This document shows positions 60,301-64,000 of a stretch of 64,000 nt of DNA, piece by piece; within the stretch, counting starts at the first letter, position 1, and each line of letters begins with the position of its first letter. The stretch spans positions 1,925,992-1,989,991 of the forward strand of contig NMRA01000012.1 in the NCBI GenBank assembly GCA_002633005.1, read 5' to 3'. The translations under genes were made by a program, and so were the position numbers. The notes below the pieces were generated by a model that saw nothing but the letters and a program-made list of their open reading frames with translations, did not search any database and had not been told where the DNA came from. This stretch comes from Phoronis australis. Its lineage: Eukaryota; Animalia; Phoronida.

Positions 60301-61078
60301 CCATGATAGTTATTTTAGTTTTATTGTAATTATACTTTACCTAAGAGAAAATCATGTTTAGAAATAAATATGTTAAAAAGGGGTTCGTGCTCTATCAACA
60401 ACTAACTTTGAGATTTACCTGTATTGCACTCTGGTGTAGCGTATCTGCAAATACTTCACCATCGTCCATCATGTTTTTAAGACAAATAGTCTTGTTCAGC
60501 TTCACGTTATTGTTCTTTTCTGGGTGATCTTGTTCTATTCGGACATTTCCCCTCCTAGAAACTTTCGCGGTGCATTCCGGCACGTCAGCCCTACTTGTGC
60601 TGCATGGCAACTCAGGAAATGACTTGGGCCGTCTCACAATAGCGCTACCCGTAACAGAGAAGTTTTCGTCATTAAGCACTTCACGGTGATCAGCCGTATG
60701 GGTTGTTTTCGACATCGTGAGGGGAAGGCAGGAATATTTAGTCTCACTTACTCGCTCTTTTACTCGAATCCCACCCGACTGTAGTCTTGTTTGAATGAAT
60801 GTGCGGCAGCCGGAAGGACATCGCATAAGAAAAACGACGGCCTGTGAGATTGGTACGCTGTTTAGAATGTCATTAATGCTCTCGAAGCACATGCGACTCA
60901 CATCAATGCCATTTATTGACTGAATTATGTCCCCGACACGAATGAGGTTGATTCTGTCGGCTGGTCCGCCCGGGATAATCGCCCTTACACGCGCGCACGG
61001 TAGCGACTTGAGCTTCTGAAAGGCCAAGCCAAATCCATCTGTCTGTTTGATTAGCTTGACTCGAATAACGTAAGGCAT
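28891..61078 (-). CDS. NOS: Nitric oxide synthase, PDZ-containing (nNOS-like architecture), complete, 26 coding exons, 1335 aa
   Basis: Exons in transcription order: 61078-60419, 58141-58011, 55216-55054, 54119-54028, 49886-49745, 49544-49405, 48681-48510, 48341-48240, 47646-47452, 46933-46824, 45428-45284, 43869-43765, 41456-41389, 41097-40984, 39479-39441, 38221-38047, 36579-36438, 36228-36150, 35343-35156, 32827-32655, 32247-32037, 31175-31091, 30764-30643, 30441-30293, 29866-29675, 29004-28891 (4008 nt, all GT-AG, open frame). Motifs: PDZ, Zn CDATAC, heme [37 protein letters not shown], Ca[103 protein letters not shown]. Exons 14 and 15 are the least certain because they lie in a low-conservation region. 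Confidence 0.96.
29572..29610. repeat. (CAC)n microsatellite
   Basis: Read directly, in the last NOS intron. Confidence 0.9.
31919..32010. repeat. Imperfect (GAT)n microsatellite
   Basis: Read directly; accounts for the spurious poly-D, poly-M and poly-I ORFs. Confidence 0.9.
33244..34886 (+). mobile_element. Non-autonomous Kolobok-like DNA transposon (TTAA TSD, decayed THAP coding), copy 1
   Basis: TTAA|aggcgaatgccac...gtggcatgctcct|TTAA; collinear with 55734-57876; remnant [11 protein letters not shown]. Confidence 0.8.
36585..37375 (+). repeat. Interspersed repeat with internal ~110-145-bp tandem units, each carrying a CCACTAGRKGGCRC-type motif
   Basis: Motifs at 36680, 36797, 36939, 37056, 37168, 37314; 36790-36952 aligns to 37161-37327. 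Boundaries approximate. Confidence 0.75.
39034..39260. mobile_element. MITE with long imperfect TIRs (PIF/Harbinger-like)
   Basis: cagtgccgggttgcatga...tcatgtaaccgggcactg plus inner inverted arms (aatagggactcagctaagttacc / ggaactaagttgagtccctatt); related ends at ~23003 and ~39641. Confidence 0.7.
41853..42086 (+). mobile_element. Penelope-like retroelement remnant (GIY-YIG endonuclease C-terminal part)
   Basis: SAISEH...H...RKIYEAMEI...RDLG resembles the SAxxEH...H...RKIKEAxxI...NRDxG pattern at the end of Penelope ORFs. Confidence 0.6.
42305..42337. repeat. (GTT)n microsatellite
   Basis: Read directly. Confidence 0.95.
50609..52016 (+). mobile_element. 5'-truncated, frameshifted non-LTR retrotransposon (reverse transcriptase; probably HERO/RLE clade), antisense in NOS intron 4, spanning an N-gap
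   Basis: [24 protein letters not shown], frameshift then [57 protein letters not shown]; after the gap [12 protein letters not shown]...* is followed by a short 3' UTR-like tail. The clade call is from recall; the RT call is firm. Ends approximate. Confidence 0.88.
51558..51834. other. Assembly gap (N run)
   Basis: Run of N bases inside the retrotransposon. Confidence 0.99.
55475..55666 (+). mobile_element. Penelope-like 3' remnant
   Basis: [20 protein letters not shown] resembles the GIY-YIG terminal ExLxIxxxxPSLN motif. Confidence 0.45.
55734..57876 (+). mobile_element. Non-autonomous Kolobok-like DNA transposon, copy 2 (with 565-bp duplication across an N)
   Basis: TTAA|aggacaataccaccc...gggtgccattctcct|TTAA; ORF 55885-56148 MPLCC...RFFDF...RLCGRHF...PSI resembles a THAP zinc finger; 56137-56700 is repeated at 56702-57265. 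Confidence 0.8.
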
Positions 61079-61475
61079 CTCTCCAGAGTAACTTAGTCCG
61101 CAGGTAAAACAAACTTAAGCCTTCATATTAATTAATGTTTGATTATCAAATAGCATTAAAACTGAGTTTAGTTGATCGTCGTGAGCGATAAACATACACC
61201 AGGACTAAACTTCCGTAAGTAACTCGCTATCGGCTTACCGAACGTGTGAGAACAGTTCCCGCACAAGCTAAAATCCAATTACCTCAATAGATCAGCCGAT
61301 TACTAAATTCCTTTTTGTCAACAAAAGGATAATGTAGCTAGACAATATATATAAATATATACGGCTTCCTCAATCTCAGTCACCTGCTGGTCTGTCTGGG
61401 AAAACGCAAGTTTGGTCACGCTTCGGCAAAATGCGAGAGTGTGCAAGAATTTATATGAATAAGTCTTCTCTGAAG

Positions 61476-61689
61476 TACGGTGGCCAGTACATGACATTTT
61501 CAAAACTTTTTTGATACTGTTCACCCGGATGGAAAGTACTTTTACCCGGGTAGAATTTCACTTTTCACCCAGGTGGAAAGAACTTTTTACCCGGGTCGGC
61601 AGTGCTTTTCACACGGGTGGTAAGAACTTTTTACCTGGGTGGAAAGTACCAAAAATGTTTTCACATAATGTCATGTACATGCCACCGTA
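61476..61689. mobile_element. TA-flanked MITE with internal ~21-bp tandem repeats, ~400 bp upstream of the NOS ATG
   Basis: tacggtggccagtacatgacatt...aatgtcatgtacatgccaccgta; about six internal ttttacccgggt(ggaaag) units. Confidence 0.8.
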
Positions 61690-63577
61690 ATATTGGTACA
61701 AGGTCAAGGAAAAACGGTCCCAAGACAGTGCTAATTACCCTAGCCACGTAACCTGTCGTAATTATCAGGGATTGTACTCTCGTGTAAGAAGTATATGAGT
61801 GACTTATTCACGACTAGTTTCTCTAAATTCTCTAAGAACTTTGTGCCTTTTCTGAGTACCCTAGGACAGGGATCAGTTTGGGATTTTGAAATGCTACAAG
61901 AGGTTTCTTTAAACCATTCTCCGACGACAATAGAAATTTCTATTTCTAAAAATTTGGTTACAGAAGATATAATCGTTTTTGACAACAGGCAGAAGGGCGT
62001 CTCGTACTGTTTCAGCCTTGGTGGTTTAAAAGATCACTGTCCAAAAATCTCAACAAAAGGATTACTTTATTGACATTAACCGTACGGAATTTCTGGATAA
62101 AACCCCCACGAAAACGAGACTTTTTTGTTGAAAATATCTGCACATGAGTCCAGTCTCTAAAGAGGTTGGCATCCTACTTTTTCCATCATCATCTGCCCAT
62201 CAAAACTTTAATACAGGAGCCCTGGGCAAATTATAACAGTCAGCGGCGCCTTCAGGAATGCGTATGGTTGCCCCTTCACCAGAACAGCATGTTCGTGTTT
62301 ACGACTGCGATGAAATCATTTCCGATACACAAGTACGAATATCTGCAGATTTATCCACCATTCAAGGTGCCGCACACCAGCTCCTCATGAGAGATACACC
62401 AGCTTGCTGCTACAAACAATACATTATCTGATATCTTTTCTCACGCACTAATTGTAATGCACTGTTGTAACAACACTGTATAACGTATACAATGCACTTG
62501 GTTTCGAAAACCTACAGTGTACCTCCAATTAACTCAATCCAGGAGTGCTTGATGAGCAACTGGCGCTGTTAAGGCTTCCAGACGGTGACCAGTGAGTTAT
62601 TTGATTTTCTACTCGAAAATCTTCTAGTGGGTCACACTGCTCAGCTATCTTTTCTAGCACCACATGAAGATGTGCTCGAACCACGAGCAACTGCAAGTTG
62701 GAGTCAATCCGTGGTGGAGGATTATGACCACGGCAGTGCTGTAGTGGGGCATAGGCGCACGCACGCGCAGCCAACCAACTTTTGGCATTTGAACGTAGCG
62801 CCTACGTACCGTAAGTTACGTTCAGTGCTCAAGGTTATACGGTGGACTTTGGGTGCCTACTTACCTCTTATTTTACCACTACAGCACTGGACCACGGTGA
62901 AAATGAGAGCAGGCTTCATTCATTGTTCCACAGCTCTTCAGTGCTTAGAGGAGGTTGACAGGCTCAGACTGCCTGAGCATTTGATCGAAACCTGGCATGT
63001 CAGTTTCTGGAAGCCTGAGCGATGACTGCTTTCTGTTTCCAAAGAAGTTGGCATTGATTCGTAACCTGACAGTGCCTAGGTACACAAGATTGGTGCAAAT
63101 TCTTATGTTTCAAACACTGTACTAGTTTATTGATGCCCCATGTCCAAAAAATCCCAGCTTCACTTTGCTATTTGATTATTGGAAACAATTTGCATCCACA
63201 GTTTAAGACATTGGTGAGAAAGAGGAGTTCGTGTCAGTATGGCCAAGCAGTTTGTTGCCCCCTTTACTCAGACCATGTAGCCCTTTACATATCAAAAACA
63301 GAGCTTAATTTCACTATAAAGACTACATGCAGAAACAAGAGCGAGGCAACTGTGAGTGAGCCAGCGGGAATATAAGTAACAATGGTAGTACGCCGGCGTT
63401 TGAATCTGTTGATAGAATTCCCAACATCGAACCCTTGTGTTTCACGATGGTCCATGTGAAACTGGACTACAGTGGGAGTTAGTTGAATAAAACTGTCACT
63501 AGATTATGTAACCAGCAAAGTCGACTAGACCAATGAACGGTTTAACAAAAATGAAGACATCATTGCCCAAGGTCGAG

Positions 63578-63670
63578 TTTAGTAACGCCATTGTCTCGAA
63601 GGAAAAGCAAGATCTCGCGAGATTCTGTGAGATTTCGCGTGCATTTTCAATGAAAAACGTGATTTTGGAT
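63578..63670. repeat. Dispersed repeat family with TCTCGCGAGA-like core; other copies at ~9852-9950, ~40461-40560 and ~58745-58815
   Basis: Shared string agtaacgc...tctcg...aaaagcaag...gagat...cgtg...acgtgattttg across the loci (the 58745 copy is partial). Confidence 0.65.
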
Positions 63671-64000
63671 CGCCGCGGAACAGTTATTGAACTTGACCAG
63701 AGTGTTGCTGTAGTCCCAAAAAGTCAATAAAGATCTGAGAAAAAGATGTACCACACAAGACGCAACAATATGCTGTTTTGGGGCTGCAAGAGAAAGAACC
63801 AAAATGCTGTCAGGACGTTCTAGAAAAATTTAAGAAGAAGGTAGGGGAACAGCTGGTCCGGTCAAGGAAGAGGCGAGATATCTATCTTGGGAATCTGTAC
63901 GCTATTCCTGTCTCAGTAAAAATATTGTTCCTCCAAAATTCTCTACGGGAACTTTTTTGATGCGATTGTTTATTATTGGTTTCTTTTCTGTTTTTGCGTT

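Noticed and set aside
62670-62735. tRNA-like sequence on the minus strand (GGTTCGAGC B-box)
   Set aside because: No convincing cloverleaf or acceptor stem; at most a decayed tRNA-derived SINE head. tRNAscan-SE would settle it.

Overview
Intron-rich, AT-rich animal genomic DNA (invertebrate-like; species not determinable from sequence alone). I assembled three spliced genes by hand from GT-AG boundaries with consistent codon phase. (1) The 3' eight exons of a glycoside hydrolase family 1 beta-glucosidase (+, 31-6195), with both catalytic glutamates. (2) A complete 12-exon VPS4 AAA-ATPase (+, 11209-21961, 443 aa). (3) A complete 26-exon PDZ-containing nitric oxide synthase (-, 61078-28891, 1335 aa), convergent with VPS4. 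Introns and intergenic DNA carry many non-autonomous DNA transposons (5-bp-TSD, 8-bp-TSD, TTAA and TA types), a truncated non-LTR retrotransposon and Penelope-like remnants. The most notable signal is that the NOS has intact heme, Zn, pterin, CaM and flavin motifs but a remodelled L-arginine pocket: WNxQ->WNPL, WYxLPAVSN->WFAVPGVSD, and a one-codon deletion TEIGVRD->TEIVRD. A second signal is that VPS4 carries three independent tandem duplications of its own exon-intron junctions, creating decoy splice sites. Family assignments rest on motif recognition from memory; no database searches were run.
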